Positions 25,598 to 36,964 of a stretch of DNA of 64,000 nucleotides are shown piece by piece. Every line of letters begins with the position of its first letter. Positions within the stretch are counted from its first letter, which is position 1. A model generated the notes under the pieces. It was not told where the DNA came from. It was given only the letters and a program-made list of their open reading frames with translations, and did not search any database. Position numbers and translations under genes: made by a program. The stretch is from Raillietiella orientalis (taxonomy: Eukaryota): contig JAYWIR010000115.1 of NCBI GenBank assembly GCA_036172245.1, positions 1-64,000 of the forward strand. Direction: 5' to 3'.

Positions 25598-28307
25598 TTA
25601 TGACACGGTTGCGCCGGGACGTTTATTAAAATATCAACTAAGAACTGTGTTCCCAGGCAAGGGGAACGGAAAATGGGGAGTAGATTTCCCGGAACGCAGT
25701 ACGGGCACACTGAGAGTTCGGAACGGGAGGGGGTGGGACAATAAATAAACAAACTGGGTGGGGGGGCGCAGACAGGGGTATACCGTCTAACCGTTGCTAT
25801 TCTCAGAACCGGCGGTGAATGCCGCGGATCTCCATCCTCACTTCTGCTCCAAGATGTGGCCACCCGGCAGCCATTTGCAGGTTGCAGGCTGCGGTGTCCG
25901 GGACCGATGTTGGGACTGCTCGCCTCTGCAATACGTGACGGGCCCTGACAATGGCGCGGACGCAGCGGATAATTGCGATGACCGCTCCAAGAGAAAGTCC
26001 GCCACGCGTGTAGAAGCGGCGCATCCAATCCAGTGCGGTGCGTCCAGGGTGCAGGAGCGCTGGAGACAGCCGCTGCCACAGCTCCTGGAGGGCACCGCAC
26101 TCAAACAGCATATGCGGAAGCGATTCTACCGCTCCGCATTTGGTACAGTCCGGAGACGCAATCCCCCCGGGAATCAGTTGCGCCCGCTGGTTGCAGTACA
26201 AACCCCAATGCACCAGTAGAAAAGCGTCCTGCTTCCACCGAAGGGGGAAGTGAGTAGCGTCCAAGCACGCAGAAGGGACCACAAGTTCATCGGTGGGCAC
26301 CCCGAGGAGCTCACTCCACCGTAGAAGCCCCTTTGCAAAAATGCGAGGTGAGGCAGCGTCTGCCACTTCGCAAGTCCGCCAGCCGCCCAGCAGTCGGGTT
26401 TCGCCTGCGATTTCGCAAGTGATCTCTCACCTCGCTGGCAGGTCACTGTCATCTCGCACCATCAGTGCACACAGTACTTCGGCGAGTGGCGTAGCGGCTA
26501 GGCGTGTCCACTGGTCCTGGTCTTCCAGCACCTCCCCCACTGGACAGTACGGGGAAAGTTTCACGCAACGGAGTTCCAAACGGGACACATCCTGTTGCGC
26601 TGCCCAGGACGATAAGGCTTCCTGCCTCCAGGCGTTGAAGTTCGTCGGCCGGCAGGAGATCCACTCATGCTTTCCCAGAAGCGTGGCGAGCTGCTTCAAA
26701 GGGAAGCCGAATCCTCTCTGGGCGCGCTCCGTGCGCAGATGCAACGAACGTAGTCCGTCGCCACCCGTGCTGCGCCGCAGCAGCAGCCGCGCTAAAGCAC
26801 ACCAGGGAGTAGTCCAGAGCTGCGCACAAAGTGCCAGCATGCGGAACTGCACTAGCAGTCCGATCCACTCCAGCGTCAGGATGCCCAATCCTGCATCCCG
26901 CCGAGGAGCCGCCGAGTCCTTCAGGCGCATCCTTGACCTCGCCGGTCCCCAGAGGGCGTTACGCAACAGGCGTTGCGCCCGGCGCTTAGCCGAGTAGGGA
27001 GGGGGACAAACAAAAAAGAGGGGACGGAGGAGGGAGGCAACGAAAATGTTCCACAGAAAGGCCCGTTTCGACAGGAGAAACCTGCCGCCTTGGAACGGGC
27101 CCAGAGCAGTCTCGGCCTTGTGAAGGCAGTCCGACCACGCTTCTGCTGGACAGAAGGCGCCCAAGGAAACGCCGAGGTACTTCAAGCACCTGCCCGTGGG
27201 GATCCCCAGGTGGATCCAGTCGGACTGCCCCTCCTACGTAGAGCCAACCGGTACAACGGTTGATTTCGTCCTGTTCACGCTCAGGCCTGCTCCCCGACGA
27301 ATGTGCTCGAAGAAGTCCTCGAGCCTGGACGCCGGAGTGGACATGGGCAGCAGCAGGAGAAGGTCGTCAGCATAGGCGGCCACGGCCGGTGTTCCCGGGC
27401 AGGAGCTCGGCAGGTTGGCCAGCGTCAGCCTGTACGCCCTCAGCACCAACTCAAAGAAGATGCTGAAGAGCAGGGGGCTTAAGCCGTCTCCCGGCCTGAT
27501 ACCCCGCCGTATGGGAACACCTTACACGTGACGCCCGCCGAAAGAGATACAGCATAACGCGTGGCGCCAACAGGAGCGCAAGTAGGCGATGAGGTGCGTC
27601 GGGAGCCCTAAGCGTTTCAGAAGCTCCAGAAGGAGTTCCTGGTTTACGCTGTCGAACGCTTTACAGAGATCGACGGCGACCGCTAAGGCTCCCGGCGTTC
27701 CAACGTGCCTTGAACACCGCCGCTTTCCTTTGGTAGCGGCGATTTCGGCTGCCTGGCTCTGTTGCGCCACGCGCTGCTGCAACTCGAACCGTGTACACGC
27801 GAAGAAGAGATTCGCGTCCATGGACCGCCCAGGAACAGCATACGTCTGCTCCGGACTTACCATGGACTTTGCGATTCTCCGCAGGCGCGCGACCCATAGC
27901 CTGGAGAACAACTTGACGTCCGAATTCACTAATGTGATCGGACGCCAGTTGCTGAGGTGGCTCAAATCACCACCTCTCGGCAGGAGCCGCACCTTTGCTG
28001 AGCGGAAAGAAGCAGGAACATCTCCCGTCTCACGCATCAGCGAGAAAAGGCTTAGCACCAGGGGGACGAGCTCCGCCGCGAAGCACTGAAAGAACTCCGC
28101 TGGCAGGCCACCCTCTTCAGGCGCCTTAGGCTTCTTCAGGCCCGCTATGGCAAAAGATACTTCTTCCGCCGTGAAGGGTCAATTCAATCTGGCGCGTTTC
28201 TCCTCGTCGATAGCAGGGTTGCCCGTCGGAAAAAGCAGCTTGGAGAGACTGCGTTCCGTGGGCTCCTTTGCGTACAACGAGGAGTAGTAGCGCTTGACTA
28301 CGCGTGT
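25598..28307 (-). mobile_element. Subfamily C element, 3' half (RT, zf-RVT, 3' end); 5' half at 33876-36964
   Basis: VKRYYSSLY, NWRPITLVN, DLCKAFD, YADD, CTKCGAVESLPHMLFEC; terminus AATAAA-CGTCCCGGCGCAACCGTG-TCATAA. Confidence 0.92.
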
Positions 28308-28397
28308 ACGGCGGACGCAATTGTTGTGCGCTCCGTGGATAAGGAGTTTTTCTTTTCTGGTGTTTCGTGTGAGTTGCGCGGCCGTTGACAGGCAGAA

Positions 28398-30011
28398 ATG
28401 CCTCTGAACGCCGCAGTTTCAGGTGAGGGAGGCGGGAAGACTGCGTCTCCCAAGCCAAAGGAGGTGGGATCACGCCCCACCACTTCTTCTGAACCCGCCA
28501 CTACGGCGAGGGCCTGGAGCGCGGTGGCAGCGGCGGAAACGCCCGATGTCGCCGCCGAAATCCAATCCTACATCCAGGAGGGCTACAATCCGGCCCTCCT
28601 GTACAAGGTAGGCAATTTATATTCCCCGTTAAGGGCGAGAAAGTTCGGCAATGCCATCAAAAAGATGGACATTGCCGACCTTGAAATTCTTTGCCTCTCT
28701 ATACGGAGCGGAGGGCAGTTGGCGGAGCTCATCTGCAAGGATGCAGCTCTTACCCACAAGATGCTCTGCACGCCCGTACAATTTGAGGGCAGGAATTTAC
28801 TCCCACACACGGTGGACCACTCCATTGTGGTCCACCTAACAGGGACAACAGTGCGGATGGATGAGAACGCTATCCGCGCTGAACTGAAAAAATTCGCAAG
28901 CGTTTTCGCGATGTGGAGAAAGCCCAACACCTTCGGAGTGAACGGTGCTTTTAGTGGACGAATAGGCGCGCGCGTGACGCTTCGAGAAAGCGTACAGCTT
29001 CCCCACAAGCTCCAAATTGGCGACGAGTTCGTCGACATTTGGTTTGTGGGGAAACCTAAATTTTGTGGAAACTGTAAGTCGTTCGGGCATTTGAAAAAGC
29101 GGTGCCCGGACGCGGTTTGCCCGAAGTGCGGCGCGAAGGGCCACACCAAAGTGGTGTGCCCGATAAACGTCGCTCCAACGCCGGAACTTCCGCAAAAGAA
29201 GGAAGGGAAGGCAAAAATAGTAATAAACCCCACAAAAGGGGATCAGCCGTCGGCTCCGACAAAAGTCGCGCAGCAGGAAAGGGACTCGGTACAGGAGCTC
29301 CCGGTATAGACTGCCGACGAGGAAGGCTGGCAGCTGGTCACCCGTAAAGTAAAAATCGTTAAAAAAACCGCGCCCGCACCGGCGAAAGTGGTGAAGGGCA
29401 AGGGGAAGGTCGCGCCACGCCCAACAATCAAAGCGTGCAGCGTGGCCATCAAACGCGTGCCGGCGATCGATACTCGCTCCGCTGACGGATCGCTGCGATG
29501 TGACGTCACGCCAGCTGTTCAACACGCCGCCGCGCGAACGCCGACGCCGCGACAAAGTCGCGAGCCCAGCGTGAGCAGCGACGACCGGGACTTCAACAAG
29601 GTGGCGGAAGAGTTGGCAGCCATGCTCCAGCAGCCTCCCAAGGCCCAGAAGAAGGCCTTGAGGCGTCCGGCTGAGGCGAAAGGAACGGAGACTTCCGAGT
29701 CCGAAGCCGAAGCCGGCAACGCTCCGGCTGTCGCTCTCCCGAAGCGCAAAGCGGGCCGCAAGGTAGGCAACCCGCGGCGCTCCGCACCTCCACCGGCGGA
29801 GGAGGAAATGCGGTCGGACCACGACGACGGGGAGGCGATGTCCGCGAGGTCTCGCGACTCCTCGCCGGAGACGTCCCTCGCCAAGCAGGATCCTCCAACC
29901 ACCACCACAACCACCGACGGACCGCCTCCTTGCGAGCAGCAGCCCGTCGCAATGGATACACAACTCCCGCCTGCTGAACAGCAGGCGGAGGACGGTAAGC
30001 AAGCACAATAA
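28398..30011 (+). pseudogene. Retrotransposon ORF1 with one in-frame stop (29307-29309)
   Basis: ORFs 28398-29309 and 29388-30011 are in the same frame; CGNCKSFGHLKKRC and CPKCGAKGHTKVVC. Confidence 0.9.
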
Positions 30012-30019
30012 ACACACCA

Positions 30020-33000
30020 ACGCGTGGACTCTCCTCCTGCCGGCGACTGCGCGTAATCTGTTGGAACGTCAACGGGTTGCGCGACGACGGCAAGAGGAGA
30101 GAAGTGGCCGCCAGCCTGCCGGACTTCGACCTGGCGCTTCTGCAGGAGACGCACGTGCTCCACGCAGGGGAGGCCCAGGAAATCGAACGGATCGCAGGCG
30201 GGTGGCTCGTATACCAAAACGGGAGAGACCACACCCGCGGTGTGGCTTTCATGCTGAAGCCAGCCGTCGTTAATGCGCTGCGCGACGTGCACTTCGACGG
30301 GGAAGGTCAAATCGGGCAGCTTGTTGCCAAGTGGTCCGACGCGATCGACCTCGTCGTGACCAACGTGTACGCGCCCGGCACGAGCCACAGGCGTGGGGGA
30401 CGCACTGCGTTCTTCGAAGGCCTGCGGCGAGATTGGCTGGCCGAAGCAGACATGCGAAAGGCGCACCTCATCGCCGGGGACTTTAACGTCCGCCTGCTGG
30501 CAGGTGCGCCCGACATTCGCGCACAGCTGGTCAACGAGATGTGCGCTGCCATGCACGCGCGCAACTTGTTGGCCGGTGACGCCGGGACGGAGACAAGGAT
30601 CGACCACATGTTCCTCGACAACCACCTGTGTTCGCGGGTGGGAAATCGAGGGGCAGTGCCATCCGAACTTTCCGACCATCCCCGGCTCGCGCTAGAAATA
30701 CACCCGCGCGGTAGAGGTCCACCCTCCACAGCGTGGCGTTTGCCAGGGGACTGGTCGCGCCTCGCACGAGCAGCGCAACATCTTCGCTCGTTCCTGCAAG
30801 GCTTCCATCTGCAGTCGCTCGCGGACTGGGACGACTTGAAGTGCTCAGTCGGCGAGTTCTGCGACCAGTTTCCCCTGAACCGTCTCCCTCCAGGTTTCGG
30901 CGAAGGGCTGAGGAACGACCGGGCATACCACCACGCCCGTCTTTACTCTAGGACTCCCGACGTTCGACGCCTGGCGGAGTATAAAGCTGGGGCTGAGCGA
31001 CATACGTGGCAATCCGGGTCGCCCAGCTTGCTGGACGCCCAAGGCCAAGAATGCTCAGCTCCGGCGAGAATAAACCGCATCCTGCGGGACTATTACTCCT
31101 CCTTGTACGCGCGCAGAACAACGGAGCGCGCCGTGGCGCAGCGCTTGCTGCCGCAAGGCGCCCCCGCGCTGCAGGAGGAGCAGGCACATGAACTCGCGGA
31201 GCCTTTCTCCATGGCGGAGATCGTCTCCGCCATCGGAAAGCTCCGAAAGAGAAAAGCACCAGGGGAAGACGGTCTGCCCGCGGAGTTCTACCAAGGCTTC
31301 GTGGCGGAGCTGGCCCCCCTGGTGCATCATCTATGCATGCTGATCCGAGAACAAGGGGACGTCCCCAAATCGTTCCGGTCAGCTAGAGTACGTCTCCTGC
31401 CGAAAGGAGGAGACAATCGCAACGTAGGCAACTGGCGTCCCATCACAGTAGTGAATGCGGATGCGAAGTTGCTTGCCAAGCTTTGGGCTGAGCGACTGGG
31501 ACGGGTGGCGGAATCCGTGGTGAGTCCGGAGTAGACATGCGCTGTTCCCGGACGAAGCATGGAGGCCAACCTGTTCCTCGCCAGTACATGGTGGCAGTTG
31601 CAACAAAGCGAAGACCAGGGAGGTCAAGAGAATCCTGGATTCTCCTCTGACCAGGGAGGGGACGCCCTTCATGGAAGAGCCGCGCCCGGTGCCCTTGCGG
31701 TCGCAGTCGATCTGCGTTAAGCGTTCGATTGCGTCGACCAGGAACTGCTTCTGGAGCTCCTGGAACGCTTGGGATTCCCGGCCGTCTTCCGGGCTTACCT
31801 GCGCTCCTGCTGGCGCTTCGCTCTAATCAACATCTCTTTTAGCGGCCGGCACGTGTACGGAGTGCCGGTTCGGCGTGGCATATGGCAGGGTGACAGTCTG
31901 AGCCCCATGCTCTTCAGCATCTACTTCGAGCTGGTGCTGAGGGCATACAGGGAGACTATAGCAACCCTGCCAAGCTCGTGTCCCGGCACGCCTGCCGTGT
32001 CGGCCTACGCCGACGGCCTTCTGCTCCTGCTCCCCGGGTCCACCCCGGCGTCGGCGCTCGAAGATTTCTTTGAGTTGCTGGGCCGCGGGACGGGCCTCGA
32101 GGTGAACAGAGAGAAATCCACAATCGTTCCAACGTCACCACTACTTTCAAACAATACGGCGTGGGCCGGACGGCCGGACTGGATCCGCTTGGGGATCCCC
32201 ACGGGCAGGTGCTTCAAGTACCTTGGCGTTCCGTTGGGGGACTTCTGCGTTGCAGAAGCCTGGTCCGACCGTCTCCAAAAGGTGGAGTTGGCGATCGGCC
32301 CGTTCCGGAACGGCAAGTTTTACTTGCAGGAGCGGGCCGCGGTGTGGAACGCGTTCGCGGCCCCCTTCCTTCGCCCCTTACTTTTTGTTTGCCCCGCCCC
32401 TCCCATCATACAGAGACGGACCAAAGCCCTCTTGAGGACTGCCCTTTGGGGCACAGCGAGGTCGCGAGTCCGATTGAAAGACTTGTGCGCTCCACGCAGG
32501 GAGGGTGGCTGGGGCCTCCTTACGTTGGAGCGCATCCAACTTCAAACAACAATTCGAAAGTTAGCCCTTGCGGCTAGCTTATGGATGACACCATTGTGCG
32601 ATCCGGCACGGCTCCTCGCCAAAAGAGCGACCGGCTGCGAAGGATTGTCCTCGATCCTCGTGGCCTACCAGCGCAGCCTCCCCAACTGTGGTCCCGATTT
32701 GCGCCAGATGGTCGCCCTGATGAGGGAGAATACCTGGATCTCCTGCATCCCCGCGAACTGCACTGCCTGGTCTCAGGAGTCAGCTTCCGCGTGGGCTAAG
32801 ATCAACGGCACGAGCGAGGCGGAATACAACTGCCTACGACGAGGACCGTACGCTCGACAGCCGCTGCAGGATATTATCAACACGCCCCGGAAGTTTCTGT
32901 GGGCTTCTTTCAGCCCCCTTGCCCCCGTTCTCTCCTCCCTGAAAAACAGTAGGAGCAGCAACGAGCTGGCATCGTGGGAAGTGTCCTGCCTCATCCGAGG

Positions 33001-33622
33001 CAGGAAAAAACCTTTAAAGGCGTGGACGACTCGGGAGCTCACGGACGCTGCCACCCCGAGCGTCCCACCTCACGGACTTGCGCGCTAGGGAGAGCTGCTC
33101 GCAATACCTTCGGAGGAGGTGAAGTGGCCCCCAGCGTGTTGGGATTGCGCCACACTTCCGTTGAAGTGGCAGGAGACGGCGTTGCTATTTCTGCACTGGG
33201 GACTGTTAAGCAGAGCACGCCTGTCTCACTGGACACTGGGAAATGTGGATGCCTGCTGTGTCGAGTGCGGAGAAAGAGAAACCTTCCCGCATCTCACCCT
33301 CGAGTGTGTCGCCCTGGATGGACTCTGGAGTCGAATCGCCCCAATCCTCCATCTTCCAGTAGGCGACCCTAAGGAAATTTACCGTCGCCTCTTTCTGCGT
33401 GACGGCCTGTGCCCCGCTGCGTCTCTAGCAGTCCTCTGCTGCGTGCGCGGCATTGTGCAAAGGTGGCACGCCAGAAGAAGAGGCCCAAGATGCAGGGACG
33501 CCATCCACTGGACGACGATCTCTTTAGAGACGGCGACAAGGTGGCGTCTACCTTTCAGAGTTAAAACAGAACTTGACTGCATCCTGAACAGGATGCGGAG
33601 GACCGACCCAGGCGCCCAGTGA
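30020..33622 (+). pseudogene. Retrotransposon ORF2 (EN-RT-zf) with about 3 in-frame stops and no apparent net frameshift
   Basis: ORFs 30077, 31769 and 33119 share one frame; all EN and RT motifs present, YADG in place of YADD; ACG where the paralogue has ATG. Confidence 0.92.
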
Positions 33623-33846
33623 TCCCTTTCCTGCCCCCCCCCTCTCCCCATACAACTGTTTCCCTCCCCGTTATCTCTCTTTTTGTTTGTTTTTGTTCTA
33701 GTTTTCCCTTCCCATGCGCCTCGGGAATGGACCTAACCGGTCTATGCACCGGCAACAGACACGTCAACCAAGGTGGGAAAACCAATTGTTTCCCACGATT
33801 AACTTTCGAAAGACTTTATTATCTAATTTTTGTAGAAAATTAGAAT

Positions 33847-33875
33847 AATAAATGCCCCGGCATATCCGGGTGGCA
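33847..33875 (+). terminator. Conserved element 3' end: AATAAA + 5-6 bp GC stem-loop + TGRCA(A) (representative copy)
   Basis: Related motif at 13 termini in the window (two to four of them decayed). Confidence 0.8.
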
Positions 33876-36800
33876 AACTTTGGCTGCAACCGAGCATTCC
33901 TGGCCAGCGTCATCGAGCAGACAAGCCGCTCTAGACTGCCAAACCTGGCGCTCGGTCCTGGCCTTATACTCCGCCAGACGCCGGACGTCCGCGCATCGTG
34001 AAAAGGTACGCGCCTGCAGATAGGATCTGCTGTTCGCGACACCCTCCCCGAAGCCGCGGGGAAGCAGGTGCAAGGGGAACCGGCAGCAGAACTTGCGGAC
34101 CGATCTTTTCAGATCGTCCCAGTCCTCGAGTTCATAGATGGCGAAGCCCCGGAGGTGTTGGCGGAGATGCTCCGCCGACTCCGAATTGCTAAGCCAGTCG
34201 GCCGGCAACCTCCAGATATTCATCGGAGGCCCTTTGCCAGGCGGTTGGAGCTCGAACTCCAGTCTAGGATAATCCGAAATCCCGGACAGCAGGCGCCCTC
34301 TCCGACCTACTCGTGAGAGCAGGTGTTAATCTAGAAACGCATGGTCCGGCGATCTCTCCATCCCGGGCTCACCAGCAAGCAAGTTTTGCACGCGCACGGA
34401 CGCGCATACCTCGCTCACCAGTTGCTTCTCCCTCAAGCGGCATCTCTCCTCTGTTAGCAGGTGGACATTGAAGTCTCCTGTAAGGAGGTGCGCCACGTTA
34501 GGGCCGAAGTCAGCGAGCCAGCGGCTGCGCAGGCCACCCAGGAATGCAAGTCGATGGGCGTAATGCCGGGCGCCGCTCGGCGCGTAGATGTTCGTAACGA
34601 CCAGGTCGATCGATTCGGACCACTTGAGGACAAGTTGGCCCACACGACCTTCCTCGTCGAAACAAACGTTCCGTATCGCCTCCGCAACCCTGCCTCGGAC
34701 GAGGAACGCGACTTCGCACGTGTGCGCGTAGCCTTGCCGCCAGTGTAGCGTCCCGCCCGCGCGCTCTTCCAGATCCGATGCCTGCCGTACGGAGATGCTA
34801 TGTATCTCCTGCAGCAGCACCAAATCGAACGTGCGCAAAGCGTTGGCTACCGTCCGCCTTTTGTCAGCATCACGTAGCCCGTTGACATTCCAACAAGCCA
34901 CGCTGACGCGACGAGCAGACGCGAGTCCACGCATCACTGCTGCGGACATGACGGCGTGCTCCTCGCCCCGTCCGGCGAGAAGTCAGCTGGTAGGAGAGCG
35001 GATTGGGAAGCGGAATCGCTCCCGTTTGCCGCCACATCGCGCCCATCTGAGTCCTGGGAGCCGAGGATCATCGCCTCGGTCTCCGTGCAGGAGCCGGAAC
35101 CGCCTCCGGCAACAGGCTCGTGCTTTCGCACTTTAGCCCGGCGCGCTACCGGCTTACCTCGGGATCCTCGCTCCATTTGTTTGCACTCGGACTCCACCTC
35201 GGAGTCCGAGTGGCTGGCGCGAGACTGGCGTTCTGCCAATCTCTTATTGTTTCGGCAGGTGGAGGCATGCCCTGCCCGCGCGGGGGTCGTCGCAGTCGCC
35301 AACGCAGCTTCCGGAGCTTTGGCTTCTGCAGCCGTCCTCTCGCGCGAAGCGACGGAGACAGAGCACGCAGCCGTAGTGCGTACCTGGGTACGCACCTTCT
35401 TCGGCGTGCTTCTCTTTTGCCTCCCACCTACCTTAAGGATGGGGAATATTGAAGGGACAACCTTCTTCTTCCCCTTTGTGGGCGTCCTGGAGACTCGAGT
35501 CCAGCCCGCGTCGGGGACGCCCTCCTGGGAGGCCGACGCCTCCCTCAATTGTTTGGCCGGAGATGCCGGCTCACGTTTCGCGCTCGCGGCGAGAGACGGC
35601 TCCGTCCCCGTTACGCACTGCACCTGCTCCTTAGCCGATGCGGGCGAAACAACGGTCATTGCCGTCGTCCCGCAAGGCGCTATTGCAGCCTTCGCTGCTC
35701 GTGCCTTCGGCGTGGAAGACGTGATCTTCACCGCCGTAGGAGGAGACTGCCGTTCAGAGGTAGCTCCGAAGGTACCCGCGCACGGTTTCCCGTTTGCTCC
35801 GCTGGACGCGCAAGCGGACGCGGACGGTTCAGCAGCCTTGATTGAGTGTGTGCCCGCACTCTTAGGCTGCTTCGAAGGGGGCGATTTGCCCCCAGGGCGA
35901 CGTGGCATCTTTCCCGTCTGCGCGGTTGTCTGGGATGGTGGCTTTCCTGAAGCAACCGCGCCCTTTTTCGCAGGACCGCCACTCGAAGATGCCCCGCCCT
36001 TGGCGCCCGATTTTTCCCGTGGCACAATGGGGGATCTTTTCGGCGCGGACGGGGTTGATTGTTGGCGGCTTTTCGCCTGCCACTTTCTCTTCAGCTCTGC
36101 ACACTCTTTGATGAAGTGGCGGAGCTGTTTACAATAGCGGCAGTTGCGTGAAGGGCACGTCCACGGACGGTGGCCCTCGGCACCGCAAATGCCGCAAGCC
36201 AGTCGCTGACCGGCAAATTTAAGGTGGACGATCGCATCGCCCACCTGCAAGTGCGGAGGCATTTGCCTCCTATCCGCCATGGTGACACGCGCCATGGCAA
36301 GTTCGCTGTGGAGAGATGCAGTCCTTTTGATCGGATTTTCTGCTTTCCACAGCGCGTGCACCGTGGCGAATGCACTTAGTGCAGCGACGAGCACGCGATC
36401 GGGCGTGTCCACCTGGACGGCGGATAATCGGACCACGAACGACTGGTCCATGGCCGACGGGACGACCTCCTTCCCGCGGATATTTAGCGGGGTGCGGAGA
36501 AGGCGCTGGACTAGGGATGCCTCTTTGCAGTTCACCTTCCAGTGTCCGAGCGCGTTAACCGGCACGACGGCCAGGAGGTCGTCCTGTCGGACCCCGAAGC
36601 GCAAAAGCTCGTCCCACAAATTTTCTGCGACCCCGTCGGAGATAGAAGCACTCACCGGATCGCAGAGCGCCGGCTTGTAGCCATGGGCTGCATATGCCTG
36701 CAGCTCCGCTTCGTCGGGCGGTGCTCCGCTGGCTGCCGCCGCCTTGACGACGGAAGCGAAGCTTCTCGCCGGTGGCGAGACACAAGAATCAGAGGCGGAC

Positions 36801-36964
36801 CGGACATCTGGAGTGAAGTCTCCACTGCCAGTAGCAGCCTCCACATCCGTGTTTTGCTGCAGGTGCTCCTTGGACATCCCAGTGGACGCACTCGGGCACA
36901 CAACACACAAGAAGACGGAAAGGAATCACGCTCGAGGAGCAACACAGAACACGTCAGTGCACCG
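33876..36964 (-). mobile_element. Subfamily C element, 5' half (5' UTR, ORF1, EN, linker to ECSVAAKV)
   Basis: TGACGTGTTCTG near 36945-36956; ORF1; EN 34326-34934 (WNVNG, LQE, NIYAP, GDFN); bounded by TSD 36965-36974. Confidence 0.92.
34934..36877 (-). CDS. Uninterrupted retrotransposon ORF1 (647 aa from ATG 36877)
   Basis: SFASVVK motif, RRM-like region, CGICGAEGHRPWTC and CRYCKQLRHFIKEC knuckles; TGA overlaps the ORF2 ATG (TGATG). Confidence 0.88.
   Translation of the reverse strand: MSKEHLQQNTDVEAATGSGDFTPDVRSASDSCVSPPARSFASVVKAAAASGAPPDEAELQAYAAHGYKPALCDPVSASISDGVAENLWDELLRFGVRQDDLLAVVPVNALGHWKVNCKEASLVQRLLRTPLNIRGKEVVPSAMDQSFVVRLSAVQVDTPDRVLVAALSAFATVHALWKAENPIKRTASLHSELAMARVTMADRRQMPPHLQVGDAIVHLKFAGQRLACGICGAEGHRPWTCPSRNCRYCKQLRHFIKECAELKRKWQAKSRQQSTPSAPKRSPIVPREKSGAKGGASSSGGPAKKGAVASGKPPSQTTAQTGKMPRRPGGKSPPSKQPKSAGTHSIKAAEPSASACASSGANGKPCAGTFGATSERQSPPTAVKITSSTPKARAAKAAIAPCGTTAMTVVSPASAKEQVQCVTGTEPSLAASAKREPASPAKQLREASASQEGVPDAGWTRVSRTPTKGKKKVVPSIFPILKVGGRQKRSTPKKVRTQVRTTAACSVSVASRERTAAEAKAPEAALATATTPARAGHASTCRNNKRLAERQSRASHSDSEVESECKQMERGSRGKPVARRAKVRKHEPVAGGGSGSCTETEAMILGSQDSDGRDVAANGSDSASQSALLPADFSPDGARSTPSCPQQ

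Larger units (their letters stand above)
28308..33875 (+). mobile_element. Full-length L1/Tx1-like element (subfamily A), inserted antisense in the subfamily C element
   Basis: Complete 5' UTR, ORF1, ORF2, 3' UTR, AATAAA 33847-33852, hairpin 33856-33870; flanks rejoin in frame. Confidence 0.95.

Noticed and set aside
33840..34223. Recurrent peptide HPDMPGHLLF/HLF at ORF ends (also 6957-7400, 63735-63968)
   Set aside because: Artefact of host frames reading into the antisense terminal hairpin.
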